Assembly: GCA_018896355.1 (NCBI GenBank)
Contig: JAHIMW010000115.1
Location: 1 to 43,905 of the forward strand
DNA length: 43,905 bases
Reading direction: 5' to 3'
From: Pseudomonadota bacterium
GTDB taxonomy: Bacteria; Desulfobacterota; Syntrophia; Syntrophales; UBA5619
Below the pieces are notes generated by a model. It did not search any database. It was given only the letters and a program-made list of their open reading frames with translations, and was not told the DNA's origin. This document shows positions 33,593 through 42,302 of the stretch, piece by piece. The position numbers were made by a program, and so were the translations under genes. Each line of letters begins with the position of its first letter. The stretch's first letter is position 1.

Positions 33593-33605
33593 AAGGTAAA
33601 AAATT

Positions 33606-35063
33606 ATGGTTGTCATGAAGCCGGAACTTGCCTTCGGCTGGATCATGCCGGAGATTGTAATTACGCTCGTCGCCGTTCTCATTTTACTTTTGTCCGCCTT
33701 TCGCCGGAAGAACGATACCGGGCGCCTTGCGGGCGGTCTGTCGCTGATCGGCGCGGCTCTCGCGCTTTTCCTGACCTTCCGGTTATGGAACGGCGACCTC
33801 GACATCTTTAACGGGCTCTACACGATCGACAACTTCGGCGTTTTTTTCAAGGCGCTGGCGCTGGTGATTTCACTTCTCGTGACGCTGTTGTCGCTTCGCT
33901 ACGTCGAACGCGAAGAGATGATCAAAGGCGAATATTACGCCCTGCTGCTGTTCGGCACTCTGGGCATGATGATCATGGTCTCCTCCAACCATTTCGTCAC
34001 GATCTTCATCGGCCTGGAGGTGATGTCCATTGCAATCTATGTCCTTTGCGGACTGCTGATCGGCAATCCCCGGTCGGCGGAGGCGTCGCTCAAATATTTT
34101 TTGCTGGGGGCCTTTGCCACCGCCTTTCTGCTGTACGGCATCGCGCTGATCTACGGCACGACCGGCATACTGGACGTCCGCGAAATCGCGCGTTATGTCA
34201 CCTCCGGTAACTTCGTGATTACACCCGCCTTCATGGCGGGGATGGCCCTGCTCATCGTGGGGTTCGGTTTCAAGACGGCCTCCGTCCCCTTTCATATGTG
34301 GACGCCCGATGTCTATGAGGGCGCCCCGACCTCCATCACCGCGTACATGGCGACCGGTGTGAAGGCTGCTGCCTTCGGCGCATTCCTCCGGGTCTTCTAC
34401 ACGGCTCTCTACCCCTTCTTGACGGAATGGACGGGCCTGTTGTGGATCATCGCCGTCGTGACAATGACCCTGGGAAACATCACCGCGCTGATGCAGAACG
34501 ATATCAAAAGGATGCTCGCCTATTCCAGCATCGCCCATGCCGGATACATTCTGATCGCCTTCGCCGTCGGCGACAGGATTTTCTCCGCAAGCATCCTCTA
34601 TTATCTCCTCGTTTACAGCTTCATGAACATCGGGGCCTTTGCGGTCGTCATCCTTCTGGGTCGGAAAGAGGCGCCCAATACGGGCATCGAATCCTATGCG
34701 GGCCTCGCGACAAGACACCCGATGATCGCGCTGTCGATGAGCGTTTTTCTGCTATCGCTGGCGGGCGTCCCTCCCCTTGCCGGCTTCATGGGCAAGTTTT
34801 ATGTCCTCAGCGACGCGATCAAAGCCGGGTATTACTGGCTGGCGATTATCGGCGTACTCAACAGCGTGGTGGCCGTTTACTATTACCTCCGGGTCATCAT
34901 GTACATGTATTTCAAGGAACCGGAAGGCGAGATCGGCGGAATTGATCGATCTCCGGCCTACGCGGTCGTGATTGGCGTCAGCATCTGGGCATTGTTCCAT
35001 ATGGGCATCTTCCCGCGCTCTTTCCTGATGATCGCGCGGGAGTCGGTCAACATCTTCATGTAG
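33606..35063 (+). CDS. nuoN: NADH-quinone oxidoreductase subunit N
   Basis: 485 aa. Motifs: FKTASVPFHMWTPDVYEGAPTSITAYM. Confidence 0.95.
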   Translation: MVVMKPELAFGWIMPEIVITLVAVLILLLSAFRRKNDTGRLAGGLSLIGAALALFLTFRLWNGDLDIFNGLYTIDNFGVFFKALALVISLLVTLLSLRYVEREEMIKGEYYALLLFGTLGMMIMVSSNHFVTIFIGLEVMSIAIYVLCGLLIGNPRSAEASLKYFLLGAFATAFLLYGIALIYGTTGILDVREIARYVTSGNFVITPAFMAGMALLIVGFGFKTASVPFHMWTPDVYEGAPTSITAYMATGVKAAAFGAFLRVFYTALYPFLTEWTGLLWIIAVVTMTLGNITALMQNDIKRMLAYSSIAHAGYILIAFAVGDRIFSASILYYLLVYSFMNIGAFAVVILLGRKEAPNTGIESYAGLATRHPMIALSMSVFLLSLAGVPPLAGFMGKFYVLSDAIKAGYYWLAIIGVLNSVVAVYYYLRVIMYMYFKEPEGEIGGIDRSPAYAVVIGVSIWALFHMGIFPRSFLMIARESVNIFM

Positions 35064-35320
35064 GGAAAAGCGGTTTGGTTTCGTAACAGGCGCGTTACCC
35101 CCACCCCGGTCAAAACCCGTGCCCGGGCCATTCCGGGGATAGCATATCGATGATCGGGAATTCTCCCCTACCCTTCGTCTCCTCCATTTTGCCGCATAAG
35201 CCTGCTCCGTTTCATATTCTTCGCTGCGGCGATAATGACGACTCTGGAGCAGGTCAATAAAGGTTGAAAATCCGAACGGATCGAAGTATGTTTACGTATA
35301 AGGTATCTATGGAGGAAGCC

Positions 35321-36229
35321 ATGTTTCAAAAAACCCCTGTTCTGGCGGCCGTGGTGGTTGCGTTTCTTATCCTTGGCCTGAGCGGCTGCGTCGCCCAGAG
35401 CGACTACCTCAGGAAACAGGCCGAGGCCGATGCCCTGAACCGTGATCTGGCGGCCCGGACGTCGCAAAACAGCGACTTGAAGGCGCAAATTGATAAGTTG
35501 ACGGCCGCAACGGAGGGACTGATTGCGGATAAGGATGCGCTGATTGCCGATAAGGATGGGCTGATTACTGATAAGAAGAGACTGATTGCCGACACGGAGA
35601 GGTTTGAGAAGGAACGGACCGCTCTTGAAGTCCGCCTGAACAGAATCACCGAAGAGACAAGCCGGACAATCGAAGGGTTGCGGAACCATCAGATTGAACT
35701 GGAAGGCGATAAGCAGATGCTCGCGGAAAGCATCTCCCTGTTGAGGCAAACGAAAGAGGTGGAGGTCCGGAAGGTCAGCAAGACCTACGAGGATCTCCTC
35801 TCCGAGATGAAGAACGAAATCGCGCAGGGGCAGATCGCCATTACCGAGCTCAGGGGAAAACTGACCGTGGATGTTGTGGACAGGATCCTCTTCGACTCCG
35901 GTCAGACGGAAATCCGACCGGAGGGTCTGGGCGTGCTGAAGCGCGTCGTCGAGATTCTGATGACCGTGACGGACAAGGTGATTCGCGTCGAGGGACACAC
36001 GGACAGCATCCCGATCGGAGGGGCCCTCGCAAAAAGGTATCCCACAAACTGGGAGCTTTCCGCGGCGCGGGCGCTCAACGTCACCCGGTTCCTGGAAAAG
36101 GAGGGAATCGATCCCGCCCTGCTCTCGGCGGTTGCCTTTGGGGAACACCAGCCGATTGCCGAAAACGACACCCCCGAAGGGCGGGCGAGGAACCGCCGGA
36201 TCGCGATCATCCTTCTGCCAAGGGAATAA
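35321..36229 (+). CDS. OmpA/MotB-domain lipoprotein with a long coiled coil
   Basis: ATG at 35321 after GGAGGA. Lipobox LGLSGC. Coiled coil includes four 21-nt/7-aa tandem repeats (LIADKDA LIADKDG LITDKKR LIADTER, 35519-35602). C-terminal OmpA-like region: VEGHTDSIPIGG...NWELSAARALNV...NRRIAIILLP. Confidence 0.85.
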   Translation: MFQKTPVLAAVVVAFLILGLSGCVAQSDYLRKQAEADALNRDLAARTSQNSDLKAQIDKLTAATEGLIADKDALIADKDGLITDKKRLIADTERFEKERTALEVRLNRITEETSRTIEGLRNHQIELEGDKQMLAESISLLRQTKEVEVRKVSKTYEDLLSEMKNEIAQGQIAITELRGKLTVDVVDRILFDSGQTEIRPEGLGVLKRVVEILMTVTDKVIRVEGHTDSIPIGGALAKRYPTNWELSAARALNVTRFLEKEGIDPALLSAVAFGEHQPIAENDTPEGRARNRRIAIILLPRE

Positions 36230-36390
36230 TGAAACTGGGACGGCTTCGTAAAAAGACCGCAGGCAAGACGCGCGAATCCTGAGGAATGAGGCGTACTTTG
36301 GCGTACGCCGCAATGACGAAGGATGAAGTGCAACGCAGCATCCGGACTTTTTACGAAGCCGTTATGACGAAATCGGAATCAGGCGCAAAC

Positions 36391-37452
36391 ATGACGGCCC
36401 TACCCAACATCCGTGACCTCTCCCTGGAGGAGATCGAGGTTTTGATCGCCAGCCTCGGCAAGGAGAAGTACCGCGCACGGCAGATCATGAAATGGCTTTA
36501 CATCGGCGGGGCGACCTCCTTCGCGGAGATGACAACCCTCGCGCGGGAGTTCCGCACGCGGATGGAGGGGCTCACCCGAATCGCCGAACCCGCAATCGAC
36601 CGGATACAGACCGCGTCGGACGGGACGAAAAAGGTCCTCTTCCGCATCGAGGACGGTCTCTTCATCGAAAGCGTCCTGATCCCCGGACGGAACCACTGGA
36701 CCGCCTGCATCTCAACCCAGGCGGGCTGCGCGATGGGCTGCCGCTTCTGCCTGACCGGACGGCAGGGGCTCAGGCGAAACCTCCTCCCCTCCGAGATCAC
36801 CGGCCAAATGACGATGCTCCGGCGCCACACGCCCGAGGGTCCGGAGATCAAGAACATCGTTTTGATGGGAATGGGGGAACCGCTTGCGAACTACGACCAC
36901 ACCCTGAAGGCGATCCGGATCATCACCTCCGATCACGGTCTCGGTTTCTCCAACCGGAAAATCACCGTCTCCACCTGCGGCATCGCCCCTCTGATCGTGA
37001 AACTGGGAAAAGACGTCTGTGTCAACCTCGCCATCTCGCTCAACGCCCCGGACGACCGGCTACGGGATGAGCTGATGCCCGTGAACCGAAAATACCCGCT
37101 GAGGGAGCTGCTGGCCGCCTGCCGGGGCTACCCGATGCCGGGGCGGCGAATGCTGACCTTCGAGTACACCCTCATGGCCGGCGTCAACGACTCTCCGGCG
37201 GATGCGGAAAAACTGGCCCGCCTGCTCCGCGGCCTCCGCTGCAAGTTGAACCTCATCGCCTTCAACGAGTTTCCCGGTGCACCCTACCGGACTCCAACCC
37301 CGGAGGCGGTCTCGGCCTTTCAACAGGTTCTGCTCGACCGCCATTACACCGCCATCCTCCGCGCGAGTCGCGGCCGGGACATCCTTGCCGCCTGCGGCCA
37401 GTTGAGCGGTCAGGCCGCCCCCGGCAATGGCAATATGAGAGAATTTATGTGA
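36391..37452 (+). CDS. rlmN: 23S rRNA/tRNA adenine-C2 methyltransferase RlmN (radical SAM)
   Basis: Motifs: YRARQIMKWLY, CAMGCRFCLTG (CxxxCxxC), and C-terminal GRDILAACGQL. The start is uncertain. In-frame ATGs at 36286 and 36364 are alternatives. Confidence 0.9.
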   Translation: MTALPNIRDLSLEEIEVLIASLGKEKYRARQIMKWLYIGGATSFAEMTTLAREFRTRMEGLTRIAEPAIDRIQTASDGTKKVLFRIEDGLFIESVLIPGRNHWTACISTQAGCAMGCRFCLTGRQGLRRNLLPSEITGQMTMLRRHTPEGPEIKNIVLMGMGEPLANYDHTLKAIRIITSDHGLGFSNRKITVSTCGIAPLIVKLGKDVCVNLAISLNAPDDRLRDELMPVNRKYPLRELLAACRGYPMPGRRMLTFEYTLMAGVNDSPADAEKLARLLRGLRCKLNLIAFNEFPGAPYRTPTPEAVSAFQQVLLDRHYTAILRASRGRDILAACGQLSGQAAPGNGNMREFM

Positions 37453-37576
37453 ACAGATCCGCTTTACAACTTATCAAACATGATGTACGTGATAACCGCT
37501 ATCCTCAATTTTTCCCAAGTGCTTGATCAGGCCCAGGTAGAACCATTTTCGAATCTTTTTCAAGGAGAATAATAAA

Positions 37577-38143
37577 ATGAAGGTCGTTGCGTTTAACGGC
37601 AGCCCAAGAAAGGACGGCAATACATCGATCCTGATCCGTCATGTTTTCAGCGAACTTGAAAAACAGGGGATTGAAACCGATTTGGTGCAACTCTCGGAAA
37701 AAGAAATTCATGGCTGCATCGCCTGTGAGAAGTGCAGTCAAAACCGGGATCGGCATTGCGCTGTAAAAAGTGACGCCGCAAACGAATATATCGACAAGAT
37801 GCTCGGGGCAGAAGGGATTATCCTCGGCTCACCCGTTTACTTCCAGGACGTGACGCCGCAAATGAAGGCCCTGATCGATCGCACCGGCTATGTGGCGAGA
37901 TCCAACGGCAGAATGTTCAAGGACAAGGTTGGGGCATCCTTGGTTGCGTTGCGACGGTCAGGAGGGATTAGCGCTCTTGACACCATGAACCATTTTTTTC
38001 TGAGTGGACAGATGATCATTGTGGGTCGGGGAATCGCTTTTGGCCGGGAAATAGGGGAAGTAGAAAAGGACGATGAAGGGATCGGGCTTGTGAAATTACT
38101 CGGGCAAAAGATGGCCTGGCTACTTAAAAAAATATATGGGTAA
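37577..38143 (+). CDS. Iron-sulfur flavoprotein (Isf)-like NADPH-dependent FMN reductase family protein
   Basis: 188 aa. Motifs: MKVVAFNGSPRKDGNTS, and a compact Cys motif CIACEKCSQNRDRHC (CX2CX2CX7C). SD is AAGGAGAA. This is the first gene of the AT-richer block. Confidence 0.8.
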   Translation: MKVVAFNGSPRKDGNTSILIRHVFSELEKQGIETDLVQLSEKEIHGCIACEKCSQNRDRHCAVKSDAANEYIDKMLGAEGIILGSPVYFQDVTPQMKALIDRTGYVARSNGRMFKDKVGASLVALRRSGGISALDTMNHFFLSGQMIIVGRGIAFGREIGEVEKDDEGIGLVKLLGQKMAWLLKKIYG

Positions 38144-38216
38144 ACGGTCTCATCAAACATTTATTTAAATGGCAGAGCGTCGAAAGTGGAGGGTATTTTG
38201 AGAAAGGAGAACGATT

Positions 38217-38468
38217 ATGGGTGAGCAAAAGGTTAAGCTCTATTCAAGACCTGCTTGAGCATGGTGCATACAAGCAAAAGAGTTTCTTTTGCAAAAAGGT
38301 GTAGAAATTGAAGAGCATGACCTCTTGAAAAATCCATTGAGCAACGAGGAGATCCTTACATTGGTGACAACCAAAGACGGGCAGATGAGAACGCCAATTA
38401 TCACCCGGGGAGATGAAGTTATTGTCTTTGGTTATAACCGGGACAAGTTGGGAAAATTGTTTCCGTAA
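38217..38468 (+). CDS. Glutaredoxin-like (NrdH/YruB-type) thioredoxin-fold protein with in-frame TGA at the first redox position; probable selenoprotein
   Basis: AAAGGAGA lies 6 nt before the ATG at 38217. The single frame reads MGEQKVKLYSRPA-TGA-AWCIQAKEFLLQKGVEIEEHDLLKNPLSNEEILTLVTTKDGQMRTPIITRGDEVIVFGYNRDKLGKLFP, ending at TAA 38466-38468. The TGA (38256-38258) sits exactly where the first Cys of CxxC belongs. The ORF track misses the gene and shows only an antisense shadow ORF (38244..38480). Confidence 0.7.
38274..38292 (+). promoter_or_regulatory. Candidate bacterial SECIS hairpin
   Basis: GCAAAAGA-GTT-TCTTTTGC is a perfect 8-bp stem starting 15 nt after the TGA. The apical loop begins with G, 23 nt after the TGA. 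Confidence 0.5.
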
Positions 38469-38506
38469 GGACGATGTCATTGGACAGATAATGTGTTACC
38501 CCAAAA

Positions 38507-38530
38507 CTGAAATATTTTTCAGATTTTGCT
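38507..38530 (+). terminator. Weak AT-rich terminator-like hairpin after the glutaredoxin-like gene
   Basis: CTGAAA-TATT-TTTCAG followed by ATTTTGCT. The stem is short and AT-rich. Confidence 0.35.
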
Positions 38531-39022
38531 TGCACAAAGACACGGATGATGATAGCGAGCAACTACGACCCCGAGAGTTTAAATTTGTTTGAGTAATTCA
38601 TACTTAAAACGTAGGGAAATGGACAGATGACAGCAAGCGGCGTAACCTTAAAGACCAGCCTCTTATCGGATCTCCGGCAGATCTTAAAAGTCCGCATAGA
38701 AGCGGTTGTTTCGACGGTATTTTTTACGCAGTTTACAATAAAACCTTTTGAATGCCCCCTCGTTGCAAATCATCTTGGTATGGTTTCGGGCTAGATGTCT
38801 GCAATCGGGGGCTGATAAGTCATCTGCCTATTCCTGTCTGATATGAGGATGTTTTTATTAACTTTGGTAGAGAAAAAGAGGAAGAGTCTATGAATGTCGT
38901 TTAGAAAAGGATCTGGGGAAGAGGAAGGTTTCATTCATGCCATTGCAGTAAGTTTTTTTTTAAGAATTTATGAAAGGAACCGTTGAGATGTTCAATGCAT
39001 CAAATCGCAAGGGAGGTAAATT

Positions 39023-40027
39023 ATGAAGGAAGAGGAATTGTTAAGCAACAAACTCTTAGATGTAATTGAATCCTGTGGGGTGAGTAGAAGGGACTTTCTC
39101 AAATATTCCGCTGCAATGGCAGCATTATTCGGAATTTCAGAATTTGAATTTGCCACGAAAGTTGTTCAGGCAATGGAAAGTGCCTCTAAAAAACCTCCGG
39201 TTATTTGGTTGGAGGGGCAAGATTGTGCTGGATGTACCATTTCATTCACCCAGATCCTAAACCCACCTGCTTCGTCCATCATCTTAGACAAAATTTCGCT
39301 TAGATATCATGAAACCGTCATGGCTGGTGCAGGACATCTCGCTGAAAAAGTCTATCATGATACGGTAAAAGAAGGCGGGTATGTGTTAATTGTAGAAGGT
39401 TCTGTCCCCTCTGCGGATGACCGCTTCTGTATGGTGGGCGGCCGACCCTTCAAAACGATTTTAGAGGAAGCAGCCCAAAAGGCCGGAGCAATCATTGCAG
39501 TGGGAGCTTGTGCTACCTACGGTGGCATTCCTGCAGCAACTCCGTCCAAAGGTATTGGTCTCAATAAAGCTCTTCCTGGAAAGACGGTAATCAATCTTCC
39601 AACCTGTCCTGTTCATCCAGATCATTTAGCTGGAACAGTTCTCTACTTTTTGACTACAGGAAAAGTCCCCCCGCTGGACAATGTGGGCCGTCCGTTGATC
39701 TATTACGCTGAGTCGATTCATGATAACTGTAGACGGCGGGCTCATTTCGATGAAAATCATTTTCTCGAAGACTGGAATGACCCTGGTCAGAAAGAATGGT
39801 GCATGCTGCATAAAGGCTGTAAGGGGACCATGACTAACTCTGACTGTCCAATCCGAAGATGGAATGATGGGATCAGTTTCTGCATCGATTGCGGAGCTCC
39901 ATGTATGGGATGTGCACAACCAGAATTCTACCAGGAGATGTCTCCTCTTTACACTGCTGAGAGCATCATTTCAAAAAGAATCTTGGCGATGAAAGAGGCC
40001 GGCTCGTTCAAAAGAGAGAATAGCTAA
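39023..40027 (+). CDS. [NiFe] hydrogenase small subunit, Tat-exported
   Basis: 334 aa. Twin-arginine signal VSRRDFLKYSAAMAALFG. Cluster ligands: GQDCAGCTISF, GACATYGG, PTCPVHP, HDNCRRR, CIDCGAPCMGC. The C-terminus has no hydrophobic anchor. Confidence 0.9.
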   Translation: MKEEELLSNKLLDVIESCGVSRRDFLKYSAAMAALFGISEFEFATKVVQAMESASKKPPVIWLEGQDCAGCTISFTQILNPPASSIILDKISLRYHETVMAGAGHLAEKVYHDTVKEGGYVLIVEGSVPSADDRFCMVGGRPFKTILEEAAQKAGAIIAVGACATYGGIPAATPSKGIGLNKALPGKTVINLPTCPVHPDHLAGTVLYFLTTGKVPPLDNVGRPLIYYAESIHDNCRRRAHFDENHFLEDWNDPGQKEWCMLHKGCKGTMTNSDCPIRRWNDGISFCIDCGAPCMGCAQPEFYQEMSPLYTAESIISKRILAMKEAGSFKRENS

Positions 40028-40044
40028 AGGAGGGAGAATTTCAT

Positions 40045-41607
40045 ATGGCTAAGAAAATTACGATAGATCCTGTAACAAGGATTGAAGGACACTTAAAAAT
40101 TGAAATAGAGGTTGAAGGGGACAAGGTAAAGAATGCATGGAGTAGCGGAACCATGGCCCGAGGCTTTGAGGCCTTACTCCAGGGGAAGGACCCTCGAGAC
40201 GCTCCTTTCGTTACCTCCCGTTTCTGCGGGGTTTGTTATAGCGTTCATCAATTGGCCTCTGCTCGTGCTCTGGACGCGGCTTTTGGAGCAAAAGTTCCCT
40301 GGGGGGGGAATTTGATCAGAAATCTGGTCATGGGCGCCCAGTATATCTATGACCATCCACTTCATTTTTATCAGTTAAGTGCTCTCGACTATATCGATAT
40401 CATGGCTATAGCCAATTACAATGGGAAAGATAAAGATTTGTTAGCTGTGAAGAATAAGGTTGTCAACTTAGTAAAATCCAAAGATACCTATCCTCTGACC
40501 CCAAGATATAAACCTGATGGCTTCTGTGTCAAAGACCCGGAGGTTGTCATCACTGCTTTCAAACATTATATCGATGCGATGAAGATGCATGCTCACGCAA
40601 GGAATATGGGAGCGATATGGGGCGGCCACACTCCCCATTACCAGAATATTGTCGTCGGAGGGGTCACGTCATATCCGGATATCAATCAGGTTGCCCGGTT
40701 CCGCACCATGCTCGACGAGCAGGCAAAGTTTATTAATGAGGTTTACATACCGGATGTCCTGGCCTTCGGAACGGGTCCACTTTGGGAACTTGCCAAGATG
40801 GGTTTAGGAGGTGGCCATTACAACTATCTATCCTATGGGGCTCTTGAAAAGGATCCGGAAGGCAAATCTCTTGTTTTCCCACCCGGTGTCATTATGGGTT
40901 TGAACCCGGCGAATATTAAGGTTGAGCCATTTGATCCCCAAAAAATCACTGAATCAGTGAAATATGCCTGGTATAAGGAAAACAAACCTGTCCACCCTTA
41001 TCAGGGCGAACAGGTTTTTGATCTTGATAAAAAGGAAGCCTACACCTTTGTCAAAGCTCCTCGCTATAACGGTAAACCTATGGAAGTTGGACCTTTAGCA
41101 CGGATGCTTGTGGCCAAAAATCCCTCTGTTCTCGGATTAGTGGGTAAAGGTGCGAAGCCAGGCGCTGTGGCTCGCCATGCAGCCCGCGCCATTGAGACAA
41201 AACTGGTGGTAGATGCCTGTTATCAATGGTGTGATATGCTTCTTAGCGAAATGACCAAGCCTGGATTTAAAATTCACGATAAGGAGCATTGGGATCCACC
41301 GGAACGTGGTATGGGCGCTGGATTTTATGAAGCACCCCGAGGCGCCTTAGGCCATTGGATTGAAGTAGAAGGGAAAAAGATTAAGAATTATCAAGCAGTT
41401 GTTCCATCAACCTGGAATGCATCGCCTCGTGATGAGAATGGAGTTCGTGGGCAGTATGAGGAATCCCTCATCGGCGCTCCCGTCCCCGATCCTGAAAATC
41501 CCATCAATGTTGTTCGGATCATTCGTTCCTTCGATCCTTGCTTGGCTTGTGCTATCCATCTCATTGATCCAAAAACCAACGAGATCCGGAAATTTATTAT
41601 AGAATGA
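40045..41607 (+). CDS. [NiFe] hydrogenase large subunit
   Basis: 520 aa. Motifs: PVTRIEGHLKIEIEV, RFCGVCYSVH, and C-terminal DPCLACAIH followed by a cleavable tail. SD is AAGGAGGG. Confidence 0.95.
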   Translation: MAKKITIDPVTRIEGHLKIEIEVEGDKVKNAWSSGTMARGFEALLQGKDPRDAPFVTSRFCGVCYSVHQLASARALDAAFGAKVPWGGNLIRNLVMGAQYIYDHPLHFYQLSALDYIDIMAIANYNGKDKDLLAVKNKVVNLVKSKDTYPLTPRYKPDGFCVKDPEVVITAFKHYIDAMKMHAHARNMGAIWGGHTPHYQNIVVGGVTSYPDINQVARFRTMLDEQAKFINEVYIPDVLAFGTGPLWELAKMGLGGGHYNYLSYGALEKDPEGKSLVFPPGVIMGLNPANIKVEPFDPQKITESVKYAWYKENKPVHPYQGEQVFDLDKKEAYTFVKAPRYNGKPMEVGPLARMLVAKNPSVLGLVGKGAKPGAVARHAARAIETKLVVDACYQWCDMLLSEMTKPGFKIHDKEHWDPPERGMGAGFYEAPRGALGHWIEVEGKKIKNYQAVVPSTWNASPRDENGVRGQYEESLIGAPVPDPENPINVVRIIRSFDPCLACAIHLIDPKTNEIRKFIIE

Positions 41608-42137
41608 TTGATCTGACCGGACCTTCCAATTTTAAGAAAAAAGAGGAAGAGAGAAACTCTTCCCCTAATATCATCATTTTAGGAGTAGGGAATCTTCTCC
41701 TTTCCGATGAGGGAGTGGGGGTTCATGTCGCCAACGAGCTTATGAAAATGGACTTATCTCCAGAAGTTTCAGTGGTGGAAGGAGGAACAGACGGGTTTAG
41801 TCTTTTAAATATCATTACGGAAGCAGACAGATTAATCATAATTGATGCTGTAAAAGGAGATGCTCCCCCAGGTTCTATCTATCGTTTTGACATTGGCGAA
41901 GTTCAAAACTCTCCATTTGGTTTCAAAACATCGGTTCATCAGATTGGAATTTTAGAGGTCTTAGATTTATCAAACCTGATAGGAAAAACCCCCCACACCA
42001 CTGTGATCGGTATTGAACCAAAATGCTTGGAAATGGGAATGGAGCTTTCTCCAGAAATCAAGGCGAAAATTCCGAGAATTATTGAATTAATATTGGATGA
42101 GTTAAAAAGAGAGGCAAAACATCACCTGTCACCTTAA
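41604..42137 (+). CDS. Hydrogenase maturation endopeptidase (HyaD/HybD/HoxM family)
   Basis: 177 aa. Motifs: IIILGVGNLLLSDEGVGVHV, and IIIDAV. The ATGA overlaps the large-subunit stop. Confidence 0.85.
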   Translation: MIDLTGPSNFKKKEEERNSSPNIIILGVGNLLLSDEGVGVHVANELMKMDLSPEVSVVEGGTDGFSLLNIITEADRLIIIDAVKGDAPPGSIYRFDIGEVQNSPFGFKTSVHQIGILEVLDLSNLIGKTPHTTVIGIEPKCLEMGMELSPEIKAKIPRIIELILDELKREAKHHLSP

Positions 42138-42302
42138 AGGCACCTGTCCTCTTCTTACAAATCCTTAAACCTTTACATTCTCAATCAAAATCAAACACCG
42201 GGGTTGAACTGAAGGGATTGTAATTGGAATATGGAACCGGGTGACGAAGTCAAGGCCCAACTTGCTGGATCATAACATAAATGATAAAATTTTAAACAGA
42301 TT

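Noticed and set aside
38244-38480. 78-aa minus-strand ORF in the ORF track
   Set aside because: It lies antisense to the glutaredoxin-like frame, which has an SD, a recognisable fold-wide sequence pattern and a redox motif. The minus-strand translation has no features.
40045-41607. [NiFeSe] hydrogenase, considered because a Sec-type gene is nearby
   Set aside because: The C-terminal nickel-ligand motif is DPCLACAIH with an ordinary Cys codon, and the large-subunit gene has no in-frame TGA.
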